From: a virus
Lineage: Duplodnaviria > Caudoviricetes
Virus record (IMG/VR): IMGVR_UViG_3300046542_000312
Span: 1,260 to 65,259 of that record
DNA length: 64,000 nucleotides
Reading direction: 5' to 3' (one strand)
In this document: positions 54,346 through 64,000 of the stretch, in pieces
Layout of the letters: each line of letters opens with the position of its first letter
Numbering within the stretch: the stretch's first letter is position 1
Position numbers and translations under genes: made by a program
Notes under the pieces: model-generated
Told to the model about the DNA's origin: nothing
Databases searched by the model: none
Seen by the model: the letters and a program-made list of their open reading frames with translations, nothing else

Positions 54346-56496
54346 TTACCTTCTGATATAACTGTTCGAGTTGCCCAGCGTGTTCAGTGCCGGCGAGTTC
54401 GTTCCGAGGATCAACTGGGACGAACCGTAGAGCATGACGTGAGCATTGCTGTCCGCCGTGACATCAGTGGTGCTGTTACCGACAAGGCCTCCATTCGGAT
54501 GGACGTACCTGCTCTGCTCGGCACACTGGACACCGACGCCGCCATTGCCCGTAATGAACGAAGGGCGCGCGAACGCACCATTACCGACTCTGGCAATTGA
54601 GAAGCCGAACATTCCAAGTCCTCCAGAAGTCGTCAGCCTGCCATTAGCACTCGAGTAGACGGGCATGTACTGGGCTTCAGAGCCGTTGAAATGGATCACC
54701 CCAAAGGACGCGCCACACGACACGGCTACACCGCCATCGAAGTACGACTTGTTGCGGAGAGCGACCCCCCAGAACCAGGCTCCAAACGCAAGGGCGCATG
54801 ATCTTGCATTTGTCAGACCGTCATAGATTGGTGTCTTGATCCTCGAATCATACAGGTTAATTCCGATATGTCCGTCGACAGCGGTGTATCCCGAGTCTAG
54901 TGCCCCGCCGATCACGCCGATATCCTCGAAGATAGGACATTCTGTGCGTAGTGCCGTAAGCCATCCCGCCGGGGTTCCGCTCACGGTCGCCGGGATCTTG
55001 AACGTGGTCGTGAAGACCGTCATTCTCCAGGTGTTCGCATCGTTGCCCTGCTGACCGATGTTTGTCGTCTGGATCCACATGCGGATCGTAACCGTCGTCG
55101 AAGTCGTCGACACGACGGGCCAGTAGCCGACCAGTTTGGCCTTGTCGGCGTGGCTGATGGCTGATCCGATCAATCCAGTCTCGACGAGAACCCATCCGGC
55201 GGCAGCAGCGGCCGTAGCCACCGACGAATCCACTGTCAGGGTCAATGTGTATCCAGCCGCCACGCTTCCAGCCGTGTTCGACAGGTTCGTGACAAGACTG
55301 GACACGGGAGTCGCGCCCTTGATCCTCACACGGGAGTAATCCTTGTCAGTCCATGAGAATCTCTCGGCAAGCGGAGAGGACGACCCCGCCACGGGGAGCT
55401 GGATCGTGAAGATGGCTCCTCCCGTGACGAGGCCGCCAGCCGCGTCATAGGCCGCCAAAGCTGCCGAGATCGTAGGATAATCGGTCGGAATGGTTACCGT
55501 AGCAGGAAGGAATGCGGACGTGCCATCAGCACCCTTGAGGGATGCCAGCCACTGGCTTTCCGTGCCAACGAATCCGTTGTCGACGGCGACCTGATACGCA
55601 CTGTCTCCATCAGCTCCGGGCGCACCTGGAGATCCCGGAGCGCCCGGGGATCCCGGCGCACCGTGAAGGCTTGCAAGCCATGCTGATTCGGTTCCGACGA
55701 AGCCGTTGTTCACGGCGACGATGTAGGCGGAATCTCCATCCGGACCCGGATCGCCGTCAGCACCCTTCAGAGATGCGATCCACGCAGACTCGGAGCCGAC
55801 AAACCCAGTGTCGAGAGCCGACTGATAGGCCGACTTGCCCGGCGTGCCATCATCTCCAGGCGCTCCAGGATCTCCGTCAGCACCCTTGAGGGACGCGAGC
55901 CACTGGGCCTCCGTGCCGGAGAACCCGTTGTCGAGAGCGACCTGATACGCAGAGTCGCCAGCGGCACCAGGAGCACCAGGGGATCCAGGAGCACCCGGCG
56001 CTCCGTCATCACCATTCAGTGACGCGAGCCATTCGACTTCGGTTCCGTTGAAGCCGTTGTCCACGGCCACTTGATACGCCGACCTGCCATCTTCTCCCTG
56101 GAGGCTGGCAAGCCACTGGCTCTCGGTGCCAACGAATCCATTGGCCACCGCGACCTGGTATGCCGACGCGCCAGCAGGTCCCGGAACCCCCGTGTTGGGG
56201 CCGGGAGGTCCTTGCGGGCCGACAAGGCTTTCAAGCCACTCGTCCTCGGTTCCGACGAATCCTTCATCCACAGCCACTTCGTATGCCGACTTTCCGTCGT
56301 CACCGGGCGCACCGGGTGCTCCGTCCGCACCTTCCAAGGATTCAAGCCACTGATCCTGCGTGCCGACAAACCCGTTCTGCACGGCAATCTCGTATGCGGA
56401 ATAGCCGCGAGGACCTCTCGGGCCTTCGCCTCCGCCGCCACCACCGCCGCCTTCGAAGACGTCGGTAACTCCGTTTGGGCCTAGTGCGTTGCTCAT
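54346..56496 (-). CDS. Tail fibre with collagen-like and SAY..GF.GTE..WL.SL repeats, beta-helix C-terminus
   Basis: 8 SAY repeats separated by GXY runs. Confidence 0.8.
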   Translation of the reverse strand: MSNALGPNGVTDVFEGGGGGGGGEGPRGPRGYSAYEIAVQNGFVGTQDQWLESLEGADGAPGAPGDDGKSAYEVAVDEGFVGTEDEWLESLVGPQGPPGPNTGVPGPAGASAYQVAVANGFVGTESQWLASLQGEDGRSAYQVAVDNGFNGTEVEWLASLNGDDGAPGAPGSPGAPGAAGDSAYQVALDNGFSGTEAQWLASLKGADGDPGAPGDDGTPGKSAYQSALDTGFVGSESAWIASLKGADGDPGPDGDSAYIVAVNNGFVGTESAWLASLHGAPGSPGAPGSPGAPGADGDSAYQVAVDNGFVGTESQWLASLKGADGTSAFLPATVTIPTDYPTISAALAAYDAAGGLVTGGAIFTIQLPVAGSSSPLAERFSWTDKDYSRVRIKGATPVSSLVTNLSNTAGSVAAGYTLTLTVDSSVATAAAAAGWVLVETGLIGSAISHADKAKLVGYWPVVSTTSTTVTIRMWIQTTNIGQQGNDANTWRMTVFTTTFKIPATVSGTPAGWLTALRTECPIFEDIGVIGGALDSGYTAVDGHIGINLYDSRIKTPIYDGLTNARSCALAFGAWFWGVALRNKSYFDGGVAVSCGASFGVIHFNGSEAQYMPVYSSANGRLTTSGGLGMFGFSIARVGNGAFARPSFITGNGGVGVQCAEQSRYVHPNGGLVGNSTTDVTADSNAHVMLYGSSQLILGTNSPALNTLGNSNSYIRR

Positions 56497-56509
56497 ATCA
56501 TCGAATCCT

Positions 56510-58183
56510 TTAGTTCAGGTCTGCCCATCCCGTGCCGTTGTAGACACGGAGCTTATGGGTTGAAGTATCGTAGTAGGTGAGTCCTTCGACCCACGCGACA
56601 TCCGTCGGCGTGCCGCTGCGTGCCGCGAACTGGACGGTCTGCTTGTTCACGGTCAGCGCGCCGAAGACACTTAGGAAGTCGTTCGCACCAGCACCTGCGC
56701 CGCGCTCGGTATAGGTGAAGACGGTGTTGGCATGACGAGTGCCGGCCGTATTCGTGGTCGCTGCGTAGGCGGTGCACGTGATGAAGATGTCGTTGCCGCC
56801 ATCGTTGCTGAAGTCCACCGCCGTTGCAGGCACGCTCGTCAACAGGAGGGTGATCCTATTGCGCGCCGCCTGCGTTCCGCCGTTCTGTCCGACCTGGATA
56901 CCCTTGATGGAATCCGCGCCGAACTGGACGCCTCTGCCCGTGATGAGGCAGTCGGAACCCAACTGCTTCAGGAGGCCGCCACCCACCCGCGAGTCATCGA
57001 GAATCAAGTCGCTTATCGAAATCGCTTGAGCGTAGTTGGTGACGCACCATTCAGGACTGTCACCCCAGCAGTGTAGCTGGGCAAACTGAGATCCCGAAGC
57101 CCTAGATCCGATGACGAACGTGCTGGATCCGGCCAGAGCAGCCTGGTTATGGCGGCTCATGGAAACCAGCATCCTGCCGATCATAGAGTCGTGTGGGCCG
57201 TCAAAGATCGGATTCCCCTTGCTGAACTGAATGAAGAACTTGTCCAGGAAGCACTCGCCCGCAGAGTCCGTGTAGTCGTTATCCCAGGCAGGCGCGACCG
57301 ATCCCCACGCCGACCTGAATCCGCCCATCGGGCAGTATTCGCAGTCGACGTCGTCGATTATATACGCTCTGCCATAAATCGAGATGTTCCATCCCGTGGC
57401 GCTGGCATTCGCCGCGACATCCTTGCGCCCGTCGATCGTGAAGGCCAACAGACCGAAGCGATTCGGGCCATCGGCGGAATCTCCGGCCGAAAGCGTCGCG
57501 TAGTCCTGAGTCTTGAGCAGGTCGCCTAGATATCCATCCTTGCGCTTGAGCCACGAGACTCGCCGGCCAGATCCGCGGATGACGACGCGGCTCTTCAGGG
57601 TGACTTCTCCTCCGAGCCAGAACATGCCAACGCCGACGTCGAGATATCCGCCACCCTTTGCAACAAGGTAGTCGGTTGCGTTGTTGAACGCCGGAGCGCT
57701 GTCAAACGTAGATGTCGTGTCCGGGGTTGCCCCGAAACAGGCCACGTTCACCGACATCGTGTAGGTCAGCTCCCACCACGCGCCGTCGGCGCTTTGGAAC
57801 TTTCCAGCATGCGTCGGCTGGGACGCGACACGCTTGTAGAGCGCGGCTCCGCCATCGCCGGGTGCAGAATAGCCACCGACACGGATCGCGTTGACCGTCC
57901 CCGGAATGGTGACTGACGACATGCCCAGAACGTAGAAGTTCGCACCGTCGAGACCGGGATCACCCTTGGCTCCAGGAGCGCCATTGGTTCCAGGTGCTCC
58001 GTCTTCTCCGGGTTCTCCCTTGAGGCTTTCCAGCCACTCGGACTCGGATCCGATGAATCCATTCTGGACAGCGACCGTGTATGCGGAATAGCCGCGCGGA
58101 CCCGGCGGTCCAGGCTCTCCGGAACCTCCGCCTCCGCTCGTGAAGTTGTCAGTGATGCCGTTGGCACCGAGAGCATTTGCCAC
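56510..58183 (-). CDS. Tailspike/depolymerase (pectate-lyase-like beta-helix)
   Basis: GTG start with AAGGAGG; GDGGAALY, VNVACFGA..DSAPAF. Confidence 0.8.
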   Translation of the reverse strand: MANALGANGITDNFTSGGGGSGEPGPPGPRGYSAYTVAVQNGFIGSESEWLESLKGEPGEDGAPGTNGAPGAKGDPGLDGANFYVLGMSSVTIPGTVNAIRVGGYSAPGDGGAALYKRVASQPTHAGKFQSADGAWWELTYTMSVNVACFGATPDTTSTFDSAPAFNNATDYLVAKGGGYLDVGVGMFWLGGEVTLKSRVVIRGSGRRVSWLKRKDGYLGDLLKTQDYATLSAGDSADGPNRFGLLAFTIDGRKDVAANASATGWNISIYGRAYIIDDVDCEYCPMGGFRSAWGSVAPAWDNDYTDSAGECFLDKFFIQFSKGNPIFDGPHDSMIGRMLVSMSRHNQAALAGSSTFVIGSRASGSQFAQLHCWGDSPEWCVTNYAQAISISDLILDDSRVGGGLLKQLGSDCLITGRGVQFGADSIKGIQVGQNGGTQAARNRITLLLTSVPATAVDFSNDGGNDIFITCTAYAATTNTAGTRHANTVFTYTERGAGAGANDFLSVFGALTVNKQTVQFAARSGTPTDVAWVEGLTYYDTSTHKLRVYNGTGWADLN

Positions 58184-58194
58184 GATAGTCCTCC

Positions 58195-59628
58195 TTATGT
58201 AGCCGGGAAGATCGCGTCGGCGATTGCTTCCGCTATCTTGGCGTATCCTGCCGCGTTCGGATGAGCACCGTCGCGCATCCATCCTGCGGCAACTGCCTGT
58301 GCGTATGTTCCAAGCGTGGCTCTCAAGTCGATGTATTTTAGACTGTTGCGATTGATGAGTTCGAGCATCTGCAGGGAGAGAGACTCGAGTCTGGTGCTCA
58401 TGAACGAGGGGTCGCACGCGTTCGGGATGACGAAGAGGATGTCCGCGCCAGTCGCCTTGATGCCGTTGATGATCGTCTGCATCTGCGCCATGTATGCGGA
58501 TTCGACCACCGATCCGTTAGCGTCGTTGATGCCGAGATTGAGGATGACCAGGTCTGGATTGTAGGGGGCGATCACCGGAGTGGGAGAGAAGGCCTCGGTT
58601 CCCGAGCTCCAGTCGATGGACCTTCCGCCGCTCCACCCGGCGTTCACGACCGTGATCTCCTTTACGGTGGAGTTGTAGGCGATTGCTCCAAGAACATGGA
58701 CTGCACCAGTTGCGTGCACGCCTCGAAGGTTCAGGACGTGTACTCCAGGGGAGACGCCTCCGATGATGTCTGGAAACACGTATCCGGGAGACGCGTTGTA
58801 GTACATCGTCGAGATCGTCGCCTTGTCGACACCGTCAATCCCCGCAATGATGGCGTTCTGAGCCGTCACCTCGCCCTTGAATACGTAGATCTCGGCCGTG
58901 TCCCACTGCTCCGTCGGGGTGAACGTGAACGCGGTGGCCGTTCCAGACGAACGCTGTGTGAAGCCTCCAGCGGTGTTCGCACCGTAATTCCACGAGGCTC
59001 CCGTGACGATGCGGTTGTCGTAGGTATTCTGGACGAGCGTGCTGGCATTGCCGATGAAGCTAGACCACGAGGCTTTGGATCCGCGCGCCGTGAGGATTCC
59101 GGCGAGGAGAGTCGGGTAGGAGTTGGCCTTGTCGTTGTTCACCATGCTCGCGCCGTTCGCGCCGAATCCGGCCGTCGTGCTATCACCCACGCACAGAATC
59201 CGTGCGTTCCGCTTCCCAGCCTTCTGTGCGCGAACGGCAGCCGACCACGTGGGAAGTCCGATGACGTTGAATCGAGTCGAAGGTGGAACGACTGTTTCCG
59301 TGGTGATGCCCGTGGCCGTCCATGCGAACGGAATGGGGTTCGGGAGGTTGTCCGCCCGGTCGATGGTGAAGCCTGTCGTGGACACCTGACGCGGGGTCAG
59401 GGGCGCGCCAGCGCTCCCTCTCGTAATCTGCACCACGGGAGGCGCGCCGAACGGAACAGGGAATGCGAAGAATTCAGGAGTTCCAAGGATGCTGTCATCC
59501 TTGCCCCACTGCTGACGCATTGTTCCAATGTCCATGAATCCGTTCACGGCGGCGTCGTCGATGAAGCCGTCGTCAAGGCCACCACCGAAGCGGTCGGTTA
59601 CTCCGTTTGGTCCGAGAGAATTTCCCAT
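58195..59628 (-). CDS. Tail-associated SGNH/GDSL esterase
   Basis: GDSTT, NAGWSG, LGIND, DGAHP. Confidence 0.88.
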   Translation of the reverse strand: MGNSLGPNGVTDRFGGGLDDGFIDDAAVNGFMDIGTMRQQWGKDDSILGTPEFFAFPVPFGAPPVVQITRGSAGAPLTPRQVSTTGFTIDRADNLPNPIPFAWTATGITTETVVPPSTRFNVIGLPTWSAAVRAQKAGKRNARILCVGDSTTAGFGANGASMVNNDKANSYPTLLAGILTARGSKASWSSFIGNASTLVQNTYDNRIVTGASWNYGANTAGGFTQRSSGTATAFTFTPTEQWDTAEIYVFKGEVTAQNAIIAGIDGVDKATISTMYYNASPGYVFPDIIGGVSPGVHVLNLRGVHATGAVHVLGAIAYNSTVKEITVVNAGWSGGRSIDWSSGTEAFSPTPVIAPYNPDLVILNLGINDANGSVVESAYMAQMQTIINGIKATGADILFVIPNACDPSFMSTRLESLSLQMLELINRNSLKYIDLRATLGTYAQAVAAGWMRDGAHPNAAGYAKIAEAIADAIFPAT

Positions 59629-59638
59629 GTCACCCCCC

Positions 59639-59980
59639 TCAGATGCCAGCCTGGATGGCCTGAACGGTCACGGTTCCCTGGAGAGCCGTCGCGCGCAGGG
59701 CCGTGACTGGCTTGCCGATGTTGGTGGCGAGAGCGATCGTGGAAGCCGTGGCGAACTCGTCGGCCACGTCCTGAAGCAGGAAGTCGACCCATACGGCCGT
59801 TCCTGCAGCGATCTCCGCGTATTCGGAAAGCGTGAACTCGATGTCCACGGATGTGTCCTCGGTCGCTCCGGATGCCACATCCTTCGAGATGACGATAGTC
59901 GCCTGGAAGTCCTGCCTTGTCGGATCGAACGGGATGATCCAGCTATTGCCGGATGCGAGTGTCTTCTGCCAAGTCGCCAT
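59639..59980 (-). CDS. Virion protein, paralog of 59985..60332
   Basis: Start MATWQK; PVTALR vs PVTAIR. Confidence 0.7.
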   Translation of the reverse strand: MATWQKTLASGNSWIIPFDPTRQDFQATIVISKDVASGATEDTSVDIEFTLSEYAEIAAGTAVWVDFLLQDVADEFATASTIALATNIGKPVTALRATALQGTVTVQAIQAGI

Positions 59981-59984
59981 TTTC

Positions 59985-60332
59985 TTATGCTCCCGAGTAC
60001 AGGACTTCAACGATGTAAGGATACGCCGAGCCGACAGCATTTTCGAAGCGGATGGCCGTAACCGGGAACTCGAGTCCTACGTTGGCGGTGGTGATGTCTC
60101 CGGCGACCAAGGAATCGACCTCGGTGTCGGAGATGGAGAACCAGATCGCCTGATCGGGATCCGTGATCTTCGCGAAGTCCGAGATCGTGGCCTCGAGGGT
60201 CACGGCGTCGCTCACGCCGACTCCGGTCGAGGTGATGTTCATCGTTGCCTCGAAGTGCTTGCAGACGCGCGGATTGGTCAGGACGATGAATTCATCCCCC
60301 GGAGCAACGGTCTTCTTGATGGGCTTCCACAT
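59985..60332 (-). CDS. Virion protein
   Basis: AGGAG RBS. Confidence 0.7.
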   Translation of the reverse strand: MWKPIKKTVAPGDEFIVLTNPRVCKHFEATMNITSTGVGVSDAVTLEATISDFAKITDPDQAIWFSISDTEVDSLVAGDITTANVGLEFPVTAIRFENAVGSAYPYIVEVLYSGA

Positions 60333-60349
60333 GTGGATCTCCTGGAAAT

Positions 60350-60383
60350 GAAAAGGGCCGGGCCGATCACAGCCCAGCCCTTT
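60350..60383 (-). terminator. Rho-independent terminator
   Basis: AAAGGGCTGGGC..GCCCGGCCC-TTTT. Confidence 0.75.
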
Positions 60384-60410
60384 AGCTGATGGTCGCCTAT
60401 CCTTGACTTC

Positions 60411-60656
60411 TTACGAAGTGGCGGCGTTCGCGCCCTGCGTTGCGATGACCTTCCAGTTCGTCCCATCGGAACGGAGAAGGCCGGCTGCTCCTGCGACGCC
60501 ATTCGTCGTGTAGACGATGACACCGCTGTTCGAGGCGGCGGCAGGAAGAGACGCGAAGGCGTAGCTCGGAACCTTGATGGTTCCGTCGAGAGCGCCCTTG
60601 AGGATCGGAGCCTCGACGGACACTTCGGACTTGATGGGGCCTGACGTTGTCGACAT
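60411..60656 (-). CDS. Capsid decoration-like protein
   Basis: LPAAA..G..SDGTNW; follows the major capsid gene. Confidence 0.65.
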   Translation of the reverse strand: MSTTSGPIKSEVSVEAPILKGALDGTIKVPSYAFASLPAAASNSGVIVYTTNGVAGAAGLLRSDGTNWKVIATQGANAATS

Positions 60657-60703
60657 GTTCTATCTCCTTTGGTGGAGAGGGGGATTGCTCCCCCTCCGGA
60701 TCC

Positions 60704-61600
60704 TTAGACGCCAGGGTTTCCGTAGAAGCCGAGGTAGTCGCGGAGCATGAACGAGTAGCGCTCTTCCCAGAGGTGGGTGATCGCGCCGAGCGTCGGGTGG
60801 TGATGCTCGGTGTGCTCGACAGGCGTACGCTTGAAGTAGTAGGCGCCGCCATCGACGGACGTGGAGATCATCCAGCTATCCGGGTCGTCCATGAACTGCA
60901 GGACTTCCCAGTCCTGGCCCTTGTAGACGTTGATGTCGTTGTCCATCGAGCCGACCTTGCGATCCGAGCCGAACAGGACGGATGCCTGGAACTTCTTCTC
61001 AACAGGCACGAACACCTTGTTGATGCGGGCGTTGATCTTGCGACCACGCTCGTCCTTCCAGCGGCCGACCGTGATTTCGGCCTGAACGAGGGCCGTCTCA
61101 TGGAGGTCGGACGGAACCGCAGCGCGGTTCGAGATGGTGCCGCCGCCCTTGAGCGGGTGCGCCGTGTTGAAGAAGGTCACGCCGTCGCCGGACTTTTCAG
61201 TCGTGTAGGCGGCGTTGAACTTGTTGAGACCAACAACGTTCTTCGTTTCCTTCAGGGACTTCGCGATGTCGCGAGTCTTGTTGATCGCGTTCTTGAAGTA
61301 GAGGTTGTCGTCGATCGCCTCCTTGGTGATCGTGAACCCAAGCGTGTACTTGAGGTGGTTCACGCGAACCTTGTAGGCCTCGCCGTCCGTGTCCAGATGG
61401 AACGGAGTTCCTTCCGGCGTTACCTTGGCCAGACCGAAGCCATACGTCTTCAGGTCTTCTTCGAAGGCCTGCGAGGAGGTGGCGGCGGTGTACAGCTTCA
61501 GGAACTCGTCCGGGAAGGTGTCGTAGTTCTGCCCGAACACCATGCGGATGCCGGGGGTGAGCTGAGCGGAAATGTCGGCTCTTGTCAGTGCAGAAGTCAT
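60704..61600 (-). CDS. Major capsid protein
   Basis: S.QAFEE..GFG.A, LGF.ITKEAIDDNLY, DG..FF.TAHP, ERYSF. Confidence 0.9.
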   Translation of the reverse strand: MTSALTRADISAQLTPGIRMVFGQNYDTFPDEFLKLYTAATSSQAFEEDLKTYGFGLAKVTPEGTPFHLDTDGEAYKVRVNHLKYTLGFTITKEAIDDNLYFKNAINKTRDIAKSLKETKNVVGLNKFNAAYTTEKSGDGVTFFNTAHPLKGGGTISNRAAVPSDLHETALVQAEITVGRWKDERGRKINARINKVFVPVEKKFQASVLFGSDRKVGSMDNDINVYKGQDWEVLQFMDDPDSWMISTSVDGGAYYFKRTPVEHTEHHHPTLGAITHLWEERYSFMLRDYLGFYGNPGV

Positions 61601-61628
61601 GTTCTGTTTCCTTCTTCAGGCGATCCGA

Positions 61629-62204
61629 TTAGGACGCCGCGTTGCCCGTTGCGGTCTTGAACGCGTGGGTGTTCAGAACCACCTGCACGATCGGATAGGC
61701 AGTGCCGACCTGATCAGCGTCGATGCCGACGATGCGGAGCGGCAGGGTAGCCGTCGCAGCGATGGAACCAGCGTTGAGGGCGACCTTGGCCTGACCGAAT
61801 ACGCCGGCGGCGTTCTGGACCAGAGCGGCGTTCATGCCGACGCAGTTCTGACCGAGCGTTCCGTTCGCCTGGATCTCGAAGACCGAATCCTGGTCATCGG
61901 CCACGTAGGCGACGATGTCGGAGGCGTCTGCGGTCGTTCCAGACGGGCACTCGGTGCTCCACTGGTACTTGCCGTTCACGTCCGTGTATTCGAATCCATC
62001 GAACACGCCGATCGGGAGGGCGGTGGTCGTTCCGGTTTCCTTGGAAACCACGCCACCGGGGACGAGTTTCGCAAGCTCGCCCTTGACGAGACGGGTTGCG
62101 GCAGGAGCCGCGGCCTTGTATGCAGTGCGTCCACCGGCACTCGTGTCGATGGAGGACTTCCCACGGATCTTTCTCAGACCGAACGGTGCAGCGATGTCAG
62201 TCAT
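61629..62204 (-). CDS. Capsid-associated (cement) protein
   Basis: APFGLR, GVF.G.EYTD, DD...FEIQ. Confidence 0.7.
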   Translation of the reverse strand: MTDIAAPFGLRKIRGKSSIDTSAGGRTAYKAAAPAATRLVKGELAKLVPGGVVSKETGTTTALPIGVFDGFEYTDVNGKYQWSTECPSGTTADASDIVAYVADDQDSVFEIQANGTLGQNCVGMNAALVQNAAGVFGQAKVALNAGSIAATATLPLRIVGIDADQVGTAYPIVQVVLNTHAFKTATGNAAS

Positions 62205-62257
62205 CTTGCATTCCTTCTGTTGTTACCTTTGACCACCGCCGAAATGACGGGGGTAAT

Positions 62258-62719
62258 TCACTTTGCCCTTTCGAGGACTTCCTCGGTGGCGTGGCGCTCG
62301 GGGTTCAGGAAGGGCACGTAGCGATCTCCCATCCCGGCCGCCATCTGGGCGTTCACCGCGTCAGCCCTTCCGGACCGATTTTCGTCGAAGTAACGCTCGC
62401 GCGCCTTCGCTTTTGGTTCAGGCATCTCACAGAGAACGAGGCCACCGCCACGCTCGACCTGCGACATGTTATCCGCGACGTCCAGGGCGAACTCCGGATC
62501 CTCGGTCGGATCCACCGGACGCCAGCCTTCCTGGCGCTTGCGCATCCAGTTGTCCGCATCCTTGGCTCCGCGGCTCGACATCGCGATGTAGCGACGACGC
62601 TTGCCGTTGAACGACGCCGAGCCGTTCAGGATGTCCTTCGGTTCCCATGTGTACTCCCGGAAATCTTCAGCCTCGCGGCCTTCGTTCTCACGGTCGGTCC
62701 TGTCAATCGTCTTACTCAT
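62258..62719 (-). CDS. Head assembly protein
   Basis: EGWRPV, GGLVLCEMP. Confidence 0.7.
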   Translation of the reverse strand: MSKTIDRTDRENEGREAEDFREYTWEPKDILNGSASFNGKRRRYIAMSSRGAKDADNWMRKRQEGWRPVDPTEDPEFALDVADNMSQVERGGGLVLCEMPEPKAKARERYFDENRSGRADAVNAQMAAGMGDRYVPFLNPERHATEEVLERAK

Positions 62720-62730
62720 CTCAGCTTTCC

Positions 62731-63972
62731 TCACCTAGCCTTTGCCGCCTGTTCGCGCTGCCATTTCGCAGTCTCCAGCGCGTATGCCTTCGGGTCGATC
62801 CCGAGTTCCTTGGCGAACCTGATCGCCTCGGAACCGAGCTTGACCGTCTGCTTTTCACCGCCCCTGGCGTTCGCCGCCGCCGCCGGAGCCGCCGAGCTAA
62901 CCCTCGGCGTGGTATTCTGCTTCTGCTGGCCTGCGGCGCGCGCCTTGACGGCTGCGGCCTCCGTGGCCTGCTTCTCCATCATCGAGATGCCCTGATCCAT
63001 GTACGACCAGTAGGTGTCGGGATGGGTGATGGCCGAGACACCGTTCTCGGTGAGCTTCTGGTGCACGTAGGTCGCGTACCCCGTCTTCTCAGCGTTGGTG
63101 CCGTACCAGCTCGAGTTCGCCGCCAGCCATGCGTTGGTGCGAACCTTGTCGTCCGCTTCCAGACGGGCCTGATCGGCCTGAGCCTGACGCTGTTGCGGGG
63201 CGACCTGCACCGGAGTGACCTGCTGGGGCTTCTCCTGCGCCTTCGTGAACTCTCCGAGGTCACGCTCGTAGTCGTCTCGCCACGTCTTCATCTCGCGGAT
63301 GTTGAGGATGGCTTCCTGAAGCGCTACCTGCGCGTCGGCGAGTTCGGCGCTGTTGCCTTCCTCGTGGGCGCGGGTGACGGCCGCCTTGGCAACCGCAAGC
63401 TCCTGTGTGGCCTTCTCCTCGCGCATCTGGATGAATGCGCCGATGCCGACCATGTTCTGACGCTTGGCCTCAGCCGCCGAACGTGCTTCCTGCTCTGCGC
63501 GCTCCTTGTAGCCGCGTGCGAGGTCGGTCGCCGTCTGGTACTGCTGGGCCACTCCCTGTGCCTGCTGGGCCGCCCGGAGACGGGCATTCACCAGCTTCTC
63601 GACGGCCTTGCGCGCGCCGGGGGAGAGCTTGTCGAGGATGGCCTTCTTGGCATCCACGATGTTGCCTTCGTCATCCACGAAGTCATCGTCTTCGTCAGCG
63701 TTCAGGATCGCGTCTGCGGCGTCGGATACGTCGACGATCTCGTCGTTGTCACCGAGGGCGAACTCCATCGAACCATCGTTCGACTTTGCCGCCTGAACCA
63801 CAGGCTTCTGCTCTTCCTGCTCCTTGACGACTTCCTTGACGGCGCGACCATGGAACTTTGCGTCGAGATCGGCTTCCGCCTGCTTCATCCACGCGTCCAT
63901 CGACGCAGCGTCCTTGAAGCGCTCTTCGTCCGTGATCGGTCCTGAGACCACTGCATCAGCTACGTCAGTCAT
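62731..63972 (-). CDS. Scaffolding protein
   Basis: Coiled coil, W...NSSWYG, AKELGI...YA C-terminus. Confidence 0.75.
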   Translation of the reverse strand: MTDVADAVVSGPITDEERFKDAASMDAWMKQAEADLDAKFHGRAVKEVVKEQEEQKPVVQAAKSNDGSMEFALGDNDEIVDVSDAADAILNADEDDDFVDDEGNIVDAKKAILDKLSPGARKAVEKLVNARLRAAQQAQGVAQQYQTATDLARGYKERAEQEARSAAEAKRQNMVGIGAFIQMREEKATQELAVAKAAVTRAHEEGNSAELADAQVALQEAILNIREMKTWRDDYERDLGEFTKAQEKPQQVTPVQVAPQQRQAQADQARLEADDKVRTNAWLAANSSWYGTNAEKTGYATYVHQKLTENGVSAITHPDTYWSYMDQGISMMEKQATEAAAVKARAAGQQKQNTTPRVSSAAPAAAANARGGEKQTVKLGSEAIRFAKELGIDPKAYALETAKWQREQAAKAR

Positions 63973-64000
63973 GACCTATCTCCTCAGACCTTCGCCACGG

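Noticed and set aside
55530-56405. Tail-fibre repeats as a diversity-generating retroelement
   Set aside because: Protein-level repeats with synonymous divergence; no reverse transcriptase or TR/VR pair seen.

Overview
Nearly the whole genome of a GC-rich temperate tailed phage, probably podovirus-type. It appears circularly permuted: the portal runs off the left edge and the scaffold/capsid block starts at the right edge. The host is inferred to be an alphaproteobacterium, likely Rhizobiales, from CtrA boxes, GANTC clustering, a GcrA-like gene and an alphaproteobacterial CI-type HTH. Layout: portal and terL (1-3.7 kb, minus); a leftward accessory block with a T5 A1-like nuclease, NrdH, a Tad1-domain fusion and a C5 methyltransferase (3.8-14 kb); terS; a rightward early region with three hammerhead ribozymes, an orphan AbiEii toxin and a MoxR/DUF3150/VWA triad (16-24.4 kb); a putative replicon (origin-like inverted repeat, family-A-fold TV-Pol gene, candidate antisense RNA); recombination and lysogeny genes with integrase and an intact-looking attP (27-32.8 kb); and a leftward virion and lysis operon (32.7-64 kb). 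No helicase, primase, replicative polymerase, tRNA or CRISPR array was recognised. All homology calls come from motif recognition by eye, with no database searches.
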